Shown piece by piece: positions 1 through 12,860 of a stretch of DNA of 64,000 nucleotides (positions are counted from its first letter, which is position 1; every line of letters begins with the position of its first letter). This DNA comes from Octopus vulgaris (lineage: Eukaryota): positions 115,630,001 through 115,694,000 of the forward strand of contig OX597821.1 in assembly GCA_951406725.2 (NCBI GenBank). The letters are read 5' to 3'. Under the pieces are notes generated by a model, which saw nothing but the letters and a program-made list of their open reading frames with translations, was not told where the DNA came from and did no database searches. A program made the position numbers and the translations under genes.

Positions 1-280
1 AGGATGAAAGGCAAAATTGACCTCGGTGGAATTTGAACTCAGAACATAATGGTAGACGAAACACCGCTAAGCATTTCGCCCAGCATGCTAACGGTTCTGC
101 CAGCTCACCGCCTTCCAGCTATTTACTTCCTTACTGTCTTAACCCTGGTATATAAACAATCTATTTCTACTCCAAGTATTGTTTCATAGACTTAATTCCA
201 TAATAAACTGCATTATTTCAAATGTAGATGAACCTTTAGTCCATCCCTGAAAAAAGAAAAGAAAAGCCCTGCATACTCAC

Positions 281-356
281 TTGCTCTTTCCTTTTCCGGT
301 TTCTTTCTTTCTCTTCTATTTTTCTTCTTTCCTCAGCTTCTTGCTGTTTCTTTAAC
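281..356 (-). CDS. INCENP: INCENP coding exon 12 (SAH); gene continues beyond the window start
   Basis: ttatag|...CAA|gtgagt; RLKKQQEAEERRKIEEKERNRKRKEQ; no stop and no IN-box inside the window. Confidence 0.85.
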
Positions 357-1165
357 CTATAAATAGTAGATATTCATTTAAACCATCAATAAAAAGATAT
401 GCCACTAACAAACTAAATATCGATTAATAAAACAACAATGCATCATCATCATTTAACGTCCGCTTTCCATGCTAGCATGGGTCCGACGGTTCGACTGGGG
501 TCTGGTAAGCTATGGAGGCTGCACCAGGCTCTAGTCTGACTTGGCAGTGTTTCTACAGCTGGATGCCCTTCCTAACGCCAACCACTCCGTGAGTGTAGTG
601 GGTGCTTTTTACGTGTCACCAGCACAGTTGTCTTAACTACAATTTCCGTTTGATTTTTATTTTGATGTTGACGTACTTGACTCAATATGTCTCCTCAAGA
701 ACAGCAGGTCACTCAACGATCCAAGGTTAGCATAGCAGGCCATCCTGCGAGCCATGAACTCACTTCATTTGTCAGGTCTTCACTGTCACAGCATATCTCA
801 TGGACTTGGATGTCTATGTGTGCTCCACTATGTATATATATATCATCATCATCATCATCAACATCGTTTAGCGTCCGTTCTCCATGCTAGCATGGGTTGG
901 ACGGTTCAACTGGGGTCTGTGAAGCTGGAAGGCTTCATCAGGCCCAGTCAGATCTGGCAGTGTTTCTACGGCTGGATGCCCTTCCTAACGCCAACCACTC
1001 CGTGAGTGTAGTGGGTGCTTTTTACGTGCTTGTACATATGTTTAAGTACAAGTATAGGTGTATATATTTGCTTATGTATGTATATGTATAAATAAATATA
1101 TATATATATTGAATTGTATGTGTATCTTGTTTCATGTATATATTTATATTGTGAATGTACTTTAT

Positions 1166-1292
1166 AATCTCTGACAAGGCCTATGGATATATATAAGTAC
1201 CTCATTTTTAACTGCCTACAACCTCAATAAAATTGACATGTACGAGCACAACAAATTACTTTATCCAAAGGCTGAAACAGCTGTAAGTGATT
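1166..1292 (+). ncRNA. Degenerate hammerhead ribozyme motif in a Penelope-like remnant
   Basis: CTGACAA (one change from CTGANGA) + stem II ggcctatggata/tatccaaaggct + GAAAC-AGCT-GTA palindromic stem III. Confidence 0.55.
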
Positions 1293-1736
1293 TTAATAAT
1301 TTATATTAAGGTTTTTTTTAATTGTATTCTTATTTTATATGTATTGAATTTTATAATGTATATATGTATGTTATTATGGTTGTCGTTTTGATAAATAAAT
1401 AAGTCAACATTCTAATATCCTAAAGCTGATGAACCAACTAAATTGTTTCTCCATTTTCTTATAATGGGCATGAAAGGACTGATTATTGTAAGATACATGA
1501 TAATTAAAAATATTTGCAGCAAAACATTCAGTAGCAGAAAGGATAGATAATCATACAGGCAATCACTAGAATGAATATACATATATATATATATTTATAA
1601 AATGGTGAATCATGATAGATGCTTACATGGAAAAATGAATTTAAGAAATTTGTGTAGAAATTTCATGAGAAATTTGGGGATAAACAAAAAAGACTACATT
1701 TGAAAATATGGGAATGTAATAGAAAAATGAGTTTAC

Positions 1737-1904
1737 CTAAGCCGCACTTTTTCTCTATCTTCTCGCAATTTTTCCTCTCGTATACGATCAGTGGTATTGA
1801 ATTTTTCTTCAAGTCTTTTGGTCTTCTTGTCCTTCTGAACTTGTTCTTGAATCATTTTTATTTCACGAGTTTCAGCAACCTTTCGCATGCGCTCCTCTCG
1901 TTTT
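1737..1904 (-). CDS. INCENP: INCENP coding exon 11 (SAH)
   Basis: ttctag|...AG|gtaaac; RKREERMRKVAETRE matches vertebrate KREERLRKVLQARE. Confidence 0.9.
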
Positions 1905-2184
1905 CTAGAATACAAAGTACATTATGGTTACCAATAAGACTCAGTGTAGCAAGCAATGTTACCAATAAAACACTCGTTTTAAACTCCTCTAAGGATGTAA
2001 AAGCTCCAAATACTAAGGAAGTAACAAATGTTCTTTACATTTTATGTTGAATACATCCCAACTTCAGAAAAGCTAACACAAAACATATCTTTCATAGTTT
2101 ATCATCTGGCTTTTGAAGGAGACATCAATTGATGTTTTGGGATACTGCTCCAATAATGGTCTTTCACTTATGGTTTTAATATAG

Positions 2185-2545
2185 ACTAGCACTATGACCC
2201 GGCAACGCTGGGTCATAGTGCTAGTGCATGCATATACAGCTGCGTGCGTGCGCACATACACGCGAGTACTGTCCAAATCTCCGACCAATCACATACAGTT
2301 AGCTGGCATATCAAGTTTTGGGCATTTTGATTGGGTTTAGGATAAAAAATTCACAAAAACGTCACTTCTATTGATTTTTTAATGGCTTTGCAGGGTGACT
2401 GGAGAAATGTAAAGATGTGCATGACCACCCTTGGACGGTTTTGAATGACCATAGAAAGTGTGAGCCCTCTAACTGAAAAATTGTGGATTTGTATAAAGGA
2501 CACACACACACAGACAGACGTTTTGCCATTTATATATATAGAGAG
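2185..2545 (+). mobile_element. Non-autonomous Helitron/Helentron-like (DINE-1/Lep1-type) element
   Basis: Starts ACTAGC with a perfect 16-bp hairpin (2185-2225); ends (CA)n-CAGACAGAC-...TTTATATATATAGA. Confidence 0.6.
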
Positions 2546-2726
2546 ATGTGTTAAAACTACTTATATAAACATCTTTATTCATTGCCCAACTATACAATAA
2601 CAATCCAGAGTTTAACACTGCTGTTTGGTTAGTTTTCTCCTTAAATGCGCTTTATGTCACTTCTAAAACTAGACACATAGCTACAACTATATCAATTGCA
2701 TTATATTCAACTTCAATTCTGCCCAC

Positions 2727-2836
2727 CTTTTCTGTTCATCCAACTTGAGCCGCTGAATTTCTTCTCGCTTCATCATCCTCTCTTTCTCTTTACGCTCCTT
2801 GTTTTCTAATTCACGCTTTTTTAGTTCAATTATTTC
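2727..2836 (-). CDS. INCENP: INCENP coding exon 10 (start of single alpha-helix region)
   Basis: ctctag|GAA...AG|gtgggc; EIIELKKRELENKERKEKERMMKREEIQRLKLDEQK. Confidence 0.87.
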
Positions 2837-3734
2837 CTAGAGAAAAGGGATACAATTAATAAACAAGTCTAATTCAACAAGGTAAAATACATCAGATACA
2901 TTAGCACAGCATTTTTCAAACTGTGGGTCCTGACCCATCTGTGGGTTTCAAGATAAATAAAATGGGTCATAACAAAAAAGGAATGAAAAAATACGCAAGT
3001 GGGTGCAAAGTGCAGAATATAAACAACTCTAAATGTTGCACAGCACTCATAAATCACTGCTAGTTTTATTGATTTCTCCTATGACAAGGCAGGCTTTACC
3101 AATCAAAACATAATAGTACATATTATGAATTTATTATACATATATAAAAAAGAAGTTATCGCAGTCAAAATCACTTTGAGGTTTTGTCCAAGGCAATTGA
3201 CAGTCTCTCACTCTGTCCCTCTCTTTTCCCCTTAAATCCTTAACCATCAAACAAGTTTAATAACTAGTTGTCAACAACTTGGGCAATCAACAAACACACA
3301 CACTCTTTTTTCTTGAATCGTTAAGCATTAAACAAGGTTGTTCCAAAATTGAATGGTTAGTTGTCAACAGTTTTTTACATAACAATTTTTATATTTTTTA
3401 TTAGTCTTTACTAATTTTATACAGCATGACTTTCCTATTTCTTCTGTCTTTACAGTTTTTTTTATTATTTTACTCAGACTTAGTCTTCACACTTTTAGAC
3501 ATTAAAGTAAGCTCGTCATCATCATCGTTTAACGTCTGCTTTCAATGCTGGCATGGGTTGGACGATTTTGACTGAGGACTGGCGAATCAGATGGCTGCAC
3601 CAAGCTCCAAGCTGCATAGCAAGACACACAAACTAATACGGCAATAAAGAAACAAATTATTGACTGTATTGTTCACTGAAAGTTCTGTAGCAACTTCATC
3701 CACGAGGATTTCTGGAATCAGTAAAATCACAAAA

Positions 3735-4365
3735 TCATCATCATCATCATTGTTGTTTAATGTCCGTTTTCCATGCGAGCATGGGTTGGACGGTTCGACC
3801 GGGGTCTGAGAAGCCAGGAGGCTGCGCCAGGCTCCAGTCTGATCTGGCAGTGTTTCTACAGCTGGATACCTTCCTAATGCCAAACACTCTGTGAGTGTAG
3901 TGGGTGCTTTTTACATGCCAGGGGAGGCTGGCAACGGCCATAATCAGTTGGTGCTTTTTACGTGCCACCAGCATGGAAGCCAATCAAGGTGACACTAGCA
4001 TCAACCATGTACGGATGGTGGTTTTTACGTGCCAGGGGAGGCTGGTAACGGCCATGATTGGTTGGTGCTTTTTACGTGCCACCAGCACGGAAGCCAGTCA
4101 AGGTGGCACTGGCATCAACCACGTACGGATGGTGGTTTTTACGTGCCAGGGGAGGCTGGTAACGGCCATGATCGGTTGGTGGTTTTTAATGTGCCACCGG
4201 CACAGAAGCCAATCAAGGTGGTGCTGGCATCAACCACGTACGGATGGTGCTTTTTACATGCCACCGGCACAGGTGCCAGGGGAGGCTGGCAACGGCCACG
4301 ATTGGTTGGTGCTTTTTACGTGCCACCGACATGGAAGCCAGTCAAGGTGGCGCTGGCATCAGCCA
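3735..4365 (-). repeat. RTE 3'-end remnant with expanded 3'UTR tandem array (one of >25 such remnants, e.g. 443, 843, 5090, 8240, 13105, 14163, 15581, 18000-18560, 23250-23605, 25735, 29405, 49630-50118, 54300, 54846, 59370)
   Basis: Same terminal ~170 nt as the LINE at 62777-63964, followed by ~45-65-bp units around ggtgctttttacgtgccac. Confidence 0.9.
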
Positions 4366-4677
4366 ACTGTGATAATAAATTCAGTGAAATGGAAGTTGTT
4401 ATCTCCAGTGACATTTCATATGGTTTTAAAATATGATGCTTCTAAAGAATTGCCATTATAAAGTTTAGGAGTTTCTATACCATTGAAATTCTATACCATT
4501 TCAATAGTTCTGATTTCCGGATATGTACAGGAGAAAGACAAGGATCAAACTGATAAAAAAATGTGTAAATGTAAATAATGGAAATGTTTGAAGCTTCACT
4601 TTTCAGTGTGTGTATATAGACATATATTTTATATGTATGTGTGTGCTGAGCGAGAGAGAGAGAAGCAGTAAAATTAC

Positions 4678-4815
4678 CTGTGAAGTTACGGCTTTAATTG
4701 GAGTTGCAGTTTTCTTAAGAAAAGATTTGAAGTTACCAAAATTTGATAAAATTTTAAGTCGAGAGTGAGTATTATTCTTCTGAGCAGAACCTGTAAATGT
4801 GCCATTTTGTACATA
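4678..4815 (-). CDS. INCENP: INCENP coding exon 9
   Basis: tttcag|TAT...CAG|gtaatt; contains FKSFLKKTATP, matching vertebrate SFIKRNTP just before the SAH. Confidence 0.82.
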
Positions 4816-5702
4816 CTGAAACAAAAATTGGATATTAAATTTATTTGCATCCAGGAAAACTGAGGATAAATAATCATCAATATATATCAAATATAACATC
4901 TAAGAAACAGTGATATACCAGATGGAGACTGAAGAGGGTAAACACTATTTACTAATCAGCTTTTCACCCAATCTTGTTATTTTGTTGTGCTGTTTGAAAG
5001 GTTAACTGGCCAGCTGCTGGTGTCTTAAATACATGATTTACATTCGGTTACTTCAGTGAGACCTACTTTTCTTTGTCATTGACTTCAATTATCATCATCA
5101 TTTAACGCCTGCTTTCCATGGTAGCATGGGTCGAACGATTTGACCGAGGTCTGGTGAACCCGACTCCAATCTGATCTGGCAGAGTTTCTACAGCTGGATG
5201 CCCTTCCTAATGCCAACCACTCCGAGAGTGTAGTGGGTGCTTTTACGTGCCACTGGGGTGGTACTGGCAACAGCCACGCCCAAATGGTGCTTTTTACGTG
5301 CTACCTTCACAGGAGCCAGTCCAGCAGCACTGGCGACGACCTCGCTTGAATATTTCACATGCCAATATTAGTAGATAATTTGATTGCATAGTACATGAAC
5401 CTTGTGTCAAATTAGTCTGCTGAAGGGCTGCTCCACCTATTTTCCATAGTGTAATCTGACAGGAAATCAATGATCCATCATGTTCATGGATCACTCTCTG
5501 ATCAATCCCAGGGTTCAGTTTTGTCCTTGAATTCTTCATCCAAGATCTCAACCTATTTTAGCAACATGACAATTGCTGTACACAAGAAAACATTATTTTA
5601 TCCTCCACCATTAATATGGATAACATACAATTAGAACCCCTGTGAATATTTCCTGAAGAATGTACATACTCAACATAGTAAAGACTGTACTGTTCTACAT
5701 TT

Positions 5703-5966
5703 TTGAGATGAGGAATTTTGTACATTATTTACATTGGACAGATATGCGTCCTCATCTTGTTTGGTGTTACCACAACGTTTTGGCCGATTTCCTCTCCAGC
5801 CTTCATCAGGTGTCCTGGAGGAATTCTGAACCCAACCTAAACATTCCTAAAGTATTTTTGTGCTGATATTATTATTATTATTAATATTTATTCAAGGCAC
5901 TGCCTAGAATTGAACTCACAATCTTGGGGTCAGTAGCCTGCGCTCTTAACCATTACACTATATACC
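5703..5966 (-). mobile_element. tRNA-headed SINE-like element carrying a degenerate hammerhead motif
   Basis: A box TAGTGTAATGG, B box GAGTTCAATTC, (TAA)n linker, then gacacCTGATGAaggctg...cggccAAAACGTTgtg. Confidence 0.6.
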
Positions 5967-6081
5967 TGTGGGCAATTATAGAGTGAATATTTGGGCTTAT
6001 AAACTTAATGGTAGAGCTTGGAAGTTAAATGTGCAGAGTATGGTTGTCTCAAAAAGAAGATTGAATTTCAGTTCTCCTTGA

Positions 6082-6160
6082 TTGTGCAAGGAAAATGAAA
6101 TCTTTTTGAAAACAGTCATAACAGGTGATGAATCTTGGGTCCCTGGCTATTATCCTAAGT
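6082..6160 (+). mobile_element. Short mariner transposase remnant
   Basis: FLKTVITGDESWV = first catalytic D motif of mariner/Tc1 transposases. Confidence 0.6.
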
Positions 6161-6602
6161 TTCAAGGCATTGAGGAAATCCAAGAAAATGATACTGAGGC
6201 TGCTGCCTGCTATCCCAATGATGCTTCTGTCAATAGAAACAATGCTTCAGAAGGGGACTACTTCTGGGGAGATTAAATGCCAAATTGATGTGTGTTGCAG
6301 ATTTCTTTTGATAGCACAAGTCCTGGCATCTTTTGATTAGGCCTCGTATTACTAACATTGCTTTACTTTTGTAGGTAATTCTAACAAACTTGGCTCTTAA
6401 AAAAATGCTTAGAAAACAACATTTTCCTTTTTTGTTTTTTTTTTCAAAGTGTATTCTAAGTTGCAACAGATAATGCCATAATTAAATGATCAACACATGG
6501 AAGACAAAAGACAATGGTATTCAAAATAAAAACTTTAGAGATTGCCATATAAGTAAATCAACAAAGCAAGTTGCTACTCTATGGCAATAGACTATATCTT
6601 AC

Positions 6603-6666
6603 CTTGCTCAAGCTGTAATTATTTCGATTAAAGCTCCTGTTGGCCAAGGAATAACTGGAGTTCAAA
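6603..6666 (-). CDS. INCENP: INCENP coding exon 8
   Basis: atctag|...AAG|gtaaga; LNSSYSLANRSFNRNNYSLSK; phases 2/0. Confidence 0.7.
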
Positions 6667-9115
6667 CTAGATATGGGAATTTAAAAAAAAACAAATCATT
6701 TGTAAATTTAGAGAATTAACTTTTTTCAAGTAATGTGGTAGCTTTAATGTCTAATGTTGTAAGCTGGCATGGAGAAAATAGAGCCTGCAGAGAGACACTC
6801 AGTCATTTGCCTTGAGCAAAGTAGTCTAATATACAAAAAGACAAGCTAGTCACCTTTAATCATAGATATATGCTTGATCAAGGCAGACTTCAAGGCTGAA
6901 TAACAACACATTATTGATATAAAGTAGATAAATTTGAATCATAGTAAATTTGAATACCACAAAATGTTTAGTTGAAATACGAAGACAAAAAGTTCCATCT
7001 CTTCTAAACAGATGGTTAGCAGGTATATGGTATGATATACAATAACATTCATCATTTGGTTTAACCCTTTCTTTACTATATTTCTATGTGTTTAAATTCA
7101 CATTTTTTTTTGTCTCATAACTACTTGAATTGTAGGCAGGTACAGGTAAATTTTGAAATATAAAAGTTACTTAAACAAATAAAAATATCATTTTGTTCAC
7201 CCTGTTACTTTTCCCTTGTTTACATTTTACATAGCGATTAGTTCCTGACATTATTTTAAGGAACATATAAATTTGAGTAAACAAAAGGAGTGATCAGTGA
7301 GGAAGTTTCATTAGGTACTGTTTCTTCAGATAATTTGAAAAAGAAATTTGGAGAAAAATATTCACTCCATGATCATCTTTCTGAAAAGCATTACTTTCTA
7401 CACTGATGACTTGACAATTGCTTATGCCTTTCTAAATTGAAACATCCAGTTCTAAGTGCACCACATGCTATACTTGATGCATATTTTATTTACTGCTGCA
7501 TGCCAAAACATTTAAATTTTGAGTTACTAATACTAAATCTGAAGCTTATAAGATTTAAAATGTTATCAAGGCAAAAAAACACCCCACAAAAAGGGGCATA
7601 GCAATTGTTTATTGAATTTGTGTTATTACTAAATCAGTAACGAATTTTACATCAATATTTTGATTTACTCTTTTACTTGTTTCAGTCATTTGACTGTGGC
7701 CATGCTGGAGCACCGCCTTTAGTTGAGCAAATCGATCCCAGGACTTATTCTTTGTAAGCCTAGCACTTATTCTATCGGTGTCTTTTGCCGAACCGTTACG
7801 GGGACGTTAACACACCAGCATCGGTTGTCAAGCAATGCTTGGGAGACACACACAAACACATATATACGACGGGCTTCTTTCAGTTTCCATCTACCAAATC
7901 CACTCACAAGGCTTTGGTCAGCCCGAGGATATAGTAGAAGACACTTGCCCAAGGTGCCACGCAGTGGGACTGAACCCGGAACCATGTGGTTGGTAAGCAA
8001 GCTACTTACCACACAGCCACTGCTATGACTGGTAGTGAAGCATGTGGCTTAGCACTTGGGGCATTTGGCTCACGATTGTAAGGTTGTGAGTTTGACCCCT
8101 GGTGGTGCATTGTGTCCTTCAACAACATGGTTTATTTCACTACTTTAGTTCATTCAGCTGGCAAAATAGGAATAGTACCTGTATTTCAAAGGGGCCAGTC
8201 TTGCCACATTCTGTCAGGCTGAATCTCCTTGAAAACTACATCATCATCAATCATCGTTTAACGTACACTTTCCATGCTAGCATGGGTTGGACGGTTTGAC
8301 TGAGGGCTGGTGAACCAGATGGCTGCACCAGGCTCCAATCTTGATTTGGCAGAGTTTCTACAGCTGGATGCCCTTCCTAATGCCAACCACTCCGAGAGTG
8401 TAGTGGGTGCTTTTACGTGCCACCGGCACAGGGCCAGTCAGGCGGTACTGGCAACGACCTCGCTCGAATCTTTTACACATGCCACCGGCGCAGGTGCCAG
8501 TAAGGCGATGCTGGTAACGATCACACCTGAATGGTGCCTTTTAAGCGCCACTGGCACGGAGGCCAGATAGCCGCTCTGGCAATGATCCCGCTCGGATGGT
8601 GCTCTTTAAGGCGACGCTGGTAACGATCACGCTCGAATGGTGCCTTTTAAGTGCCACTGGCATGGAAGCTGGTAGCCACTCTGTCAATGATCACACTCGT
8701 ATGATGCTCTTTGCACCCTGCTAGCACGGACGCCAGTCATCGAATTTGATTTTGATTTTATGCATGAATGTGGAGTGCTTAGTCACTTGCATATATTAAT
8801 TCCATGAACAAGCAGTTCCATTGATAGGATCAACGAGAACACTTGTAAACTAGTAATACAATAAAGGAAGGGTTAACACTACTGATATTAGTATTAATAA
8901 AGACTTAGCAAACTGCAGAAGGAATATATGACCACTAACAAGAGTAGTACATGAACTTTGTACATGTATAAATGGAAAACGGTGCACATGCAAATGAAGA
9001 ACAAAAGTTAGTTCTGCAACAATAAACATTTCATCAACTGATAATACCTATAGCTCACTATGATTAAAAACTAAATTAAAGCAAGAAGATAATGCAGAAA
9101 TTAGAAAATACTTAC

Positions 9116-9131
9116 AGCAAACTGTGAAGTC
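9116..9131 (-). CDS. INCENP: INCENP coding exon 7, 16-nt microexon
   Basis: T-rich tract + aaacag|GACTTCACAGTTTGCT|gtaagt; converts phase 1 to phase 2, as needed to join exons 6 and 8 without a stop. Confidence 0.65.
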
Positions 9132-11206
9132 CTGTTTAAAAACAATAATAAACAACATTAAAATGCAAATAAAATAATCTTATTAACAAATTACTGAAAA
9201 ATTAAAAAATTTTTTTATCTACATTGGCTTCAAAATTATTAGTTATGAGTGCTGGATCAAAAGTGGGTATAAGTTTTTTCTTTATCAAATGGCATACTGG
9301 TTGAACTGTACATGTCGGTAGGGTAACTCTTCCCCTAAGCGAAGGGCATAGTTTCCATCACAAACAATACAACAACCCTTTGTTTTTAGATCATAAAGAT
9401 ACAGATGTGTTACATATTCCGTCACCAGATTTGTGAAGATTAAAAAAAAAAAAGTCTTCGTTAGTTTCAAATCCTTCCAGCAAATCAGAGCAGACTTCCA
9501 CTCTCCTTTGTGTCAACCACCAATATCCAAAATCTTCCACCATCTTCTATAATGCATTGTGACTACAATTCAGTTGTGTAGCAGACTCAGTGTAACTTGT
9601 CTGTTCACACAAACCAAAATATCCACTTGCTGGTAATTTGTGCCAATAGCCAAGGTTGACAGTCTCCCACTGTATGGGAGTTTGTCAGCAAAGCTTGGCT
9701 CTTCGTTTGGCTTGGAACCAATTAATTGTCTCCAATGAAGGAAAAACAGTTAATAAAACTTATGTCCACTTCTGCATTAGTTTTTGGTACATCACTTGTA
9801 CTTTTAGCAAACTCTACAAACCAAATCTATAAGTGCCTACCTCTTTATTTGTTTGTAAGCCAGTTTCACAATATTTGCTAGGAGACTGTACAGTTCTTAA
9901 TTAGAAACAAAGTATTTCCATACTCAACCCTGAAATTCCTTATAAACAAATGTACCAGTGTCCCATTCTTCAATGGAAAATTTAATGTAAATGTAAAAAA
10001 ACAGAAATGAATATTTTTCTAAGCTACTACAATCAATTACATACTATACCACAGTAATTACTGGAAACATCACACTGTACAAGACATATTCCCAACAAAA
10101 TAGGGATTTCAATAGAAAGGACAAATGCTGACAGCCATCACTTCCTCACCCCTACCTTTCATCCAACTCATATTCACCATGGACCACCACTCCATCCTTG
10201 TTCATTATTTACAAACTTCACTCCCCACCCCAATTCCACCTCTCACTCTTTACACACCTCTACCCACCCACTCTTTCAGCTCTGTTCCCTCTTCTATTCA
10301 TCTTCTTTTACTTTGAGAGTACACACTCACGCATACAGACACACAACTATCTTTATCTCTCCAGCTTCACACTGATTACTCCTACCCACTATTGTATATT
10401 GTGAGGTAGCCGTGTATGTCCTCTGCACAGCAAGAAACCTATTCTTGTCCCTTCTTTCATACTAATATAAAGCTACCCCCACTCTCTCTCTCCTAACAAA
10501 CTAAAGAACTTAAGTCAAGGAAGCTCTTCAGTCTTTTGAGGTACATGGTAAGCTCATTAGTGTTGGTGCCATGAAAAAGAAGAAAAAAAGCATTCAGTAC
10601 ATTTTGTGAAGTGGATGACATCCAGCAGTCTGCTGACTTGTTGGATCTTGCTGAAATATGCAACACAAGCCAACATGAAAGATAGCTGTTAAATGATAAC
10701 CCACAGATGGATACTTCTGGGGAAACAAAAGCTTGTTTACCATACTAATCATCATCATCATCATCGTTTAACGTCCGCTTTCCATGCGAGCATGAGTTGG
10801 ACGGTTCGACCAGGGTCTGGGAAGCCAGGATGCTGCACCAGGCTCCAGTCTGATCTGGCAGTGTTTCTACAGCTGGATGCCCTTCCTAACGCCAACCATG
10901 CCAAGTAAATATTTGTCATTTTATACATGCATTTTGTACCTATACACAGCATGTTTGGAGTACTGCTTTATGAATGTAGTATGCCAAAATAATTAGAAAG
11001 TGTAACATATTATAAAGATCATATGATTTTGCACAATTAGCTTCAACCACACAATACTAAAATTTAGGATTCACTGATATCCAGTTTAAAAATAGCTAAA
11101 CGTTTGTTTAGAGAAATTTTAGCTGCTACACTGACGAGTTTAAGTAAACACAAAAATGTTATTTAGCTGACTTTTGGAATATGAAATAAAAGCATATGAA
11201 ACTTAC

Positions 11207-11273
11207 CATTGTGTTTAGGTGTAGATAGATTTGATGGGGTAGTGTGTACATTAATTAAGGATTTGACTTTGGA
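11207..11273 (-). CDS. INCENP: INCENP coding exon 6
   Basis: ttatag|TCC...AATG|gtaagt; SKVKSLINVHTTPSNLSTPKHN; phases 0/1. Confidence 0.75.
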
Positions 11274-11892
11274 CTATAAAATAAAATTAAAAAGAGTCAA
11301 GTAATGGATGAATGCAAACAGTTTAGCAAATTCAATGCAAATATTTGATATAATGCCTCACTTCCTTTTACTAAAATTTAAATTAAAATCTTTAAAATGA
11401 CTTTTCTAAAAACCATGCTCAGCTTCATGAATTTAGTAATCCAAGTAATAAAAATACAACTAGCTAAATATTCAAACTATAGTATTGTTGGCGAAAGAAA
11501 ATTCACCCATTGTTACCAAATTAAAATTTGAGAAAATATGTTTCTTTATTACCCACAAGGGGCTAAACAAGGACAGACAAACGAATTAAGTCGATTACAT
11601 CGACCCCAGTGCGTAACTGGTACTTAATTTATCGGCACCGAAAGGATGAAAGGCAAAGTCGACCTCGGCAAAATTTGAACTCAGAACGTAACGGCAGACG
11701 AAATACGGCTACGCATTTCGCCCGGCATGCTAACGGTTCTGCCAGCTCAAAATAGAAAGTTACATTTTCATAACACAAATTAACAATGCTATATTAAAAC
11801 AATCGTTTTTTTCACCAATTTTCTCTAATGGCCCCCACCCCCACCATCTACATCATTTTGTCGAAACTAAACTTCAAAGAAATAAAACTTAC

Positions 11893-12055
11893 TTCACTTT
11901 CATCTTCAGAGTCCTCACAATCAGCATCGTCCTCAAGTTCTTGAGATGTAACATCTTTGTGGCTAGACTCCTTCATTTCCTCTGCACAATGTCGTTTTGT
12001 GTCAGTTGTAAAAGCATTTTCCACTTCTTCACTTGTCCGTTTGCGTGCGCGACTT
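11893..12055 (-). CDS. INCENP: INCENP coding exon 5
   Basis: tttcag|...GAA|gtaagt; RSRARKRTSEEVE...EDESE; phases 2/0. Confidence 0.85.
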
Positions 12056-12407
12056 CTGAAAATATAGTTGTTGCTGTTATGCATTTCACATGTCAGAAAG
12101 TAACAACTGAGTAAATATTTTCTAACCTATTTAAACTTCATAACAAAATAATAGAGTAAGCACAAAGCTTGAGATCTGTCTCAACATATTTATCAGAGTA
12201 ATAGGTTTTTATTCATCATCATCATCGTTTAACGTCTGTTTTCCATGCTAGCATGGGTTGGATGATTCCCAATTCTAATAAATTTTATGATATTTTACAT
12301 CCAATTACTTCTTTGTATAATAGTGCTCACTTGTTTTGTAAAAATTGCTTTCATTATTTTATCATAGTCATAATCTCTCTTTTTTTACAAACATCAAAGT
12401 AGTCCAA

Positions 12408-12860
12408 CTATAGAGAAGGAAGCAGTTTGTCAACTTTTACCTTCACCTCAAAGCAACATAGAGATTTCAATTCAGCAGCCCATCTGTAAGCTTTGAAGTA
12501 TGAACAAACATTGTCGAAGAGACTCCTTGCATTATGTAGCTGCACAATAGACAGGACAGCCTGTTTTTGAAAATTATTGAAACTAGCTTTCATTGTTAAT
12601 CCTTTAACAGAATTCTTCCTAATTTGAACTGACTTAGGGTCTTATTTTGAAGTAGAATATTCTCCTCTTGAGATACCCTAACCAGTCGGTCATGTGTAGC
12701 AGAAACAAAATGATCTCTACGTCTACGTGCATATTCAGATATTTGTTCAGTTGCTTTGCCTTGATTTTATCCGATTCAGTTTCCCGCCTTTCTCTCTGCC
12801 ATTGTGCCTTTGTTCTTGTGCAGTTGCATATTTTTTTGGATGCTCTATGTTGAATTGCAA
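12408..12860 (-). mobile_element. Possible Helitron RepHel N-terminal remnant
   Basis: RERRETES-type charged repeat, then NVCSYFKAYRWAAELKSLCCFEVKV resembling the CxxC..A..W..E...CC..GKV zinc-finger. Confidence 0.45.

Noticed and set aside
4790-4792. Alternative acceptor inside INCENP exon 9
   Set aside because: Phase 1, incompatible with the phase-0 upstream donor; the 4815 acceptor fits
8400-8720. CRISPR-like pattern of palindromic repeats with ~35-nt spacers (also 3900-4365, 54470-54760)
   Set aside because: Spacers are homologous to each other, the array is part of an RTE LINE 3'UTR, there are no cas genes, and the context is eukaryotic
9285-9800. Coding-like sequence in INCENP intron (similar at 38040-38560)
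   Set aside because: Stops in all frames and no motif I can identify; probably old transposon debris, needs BLASTx
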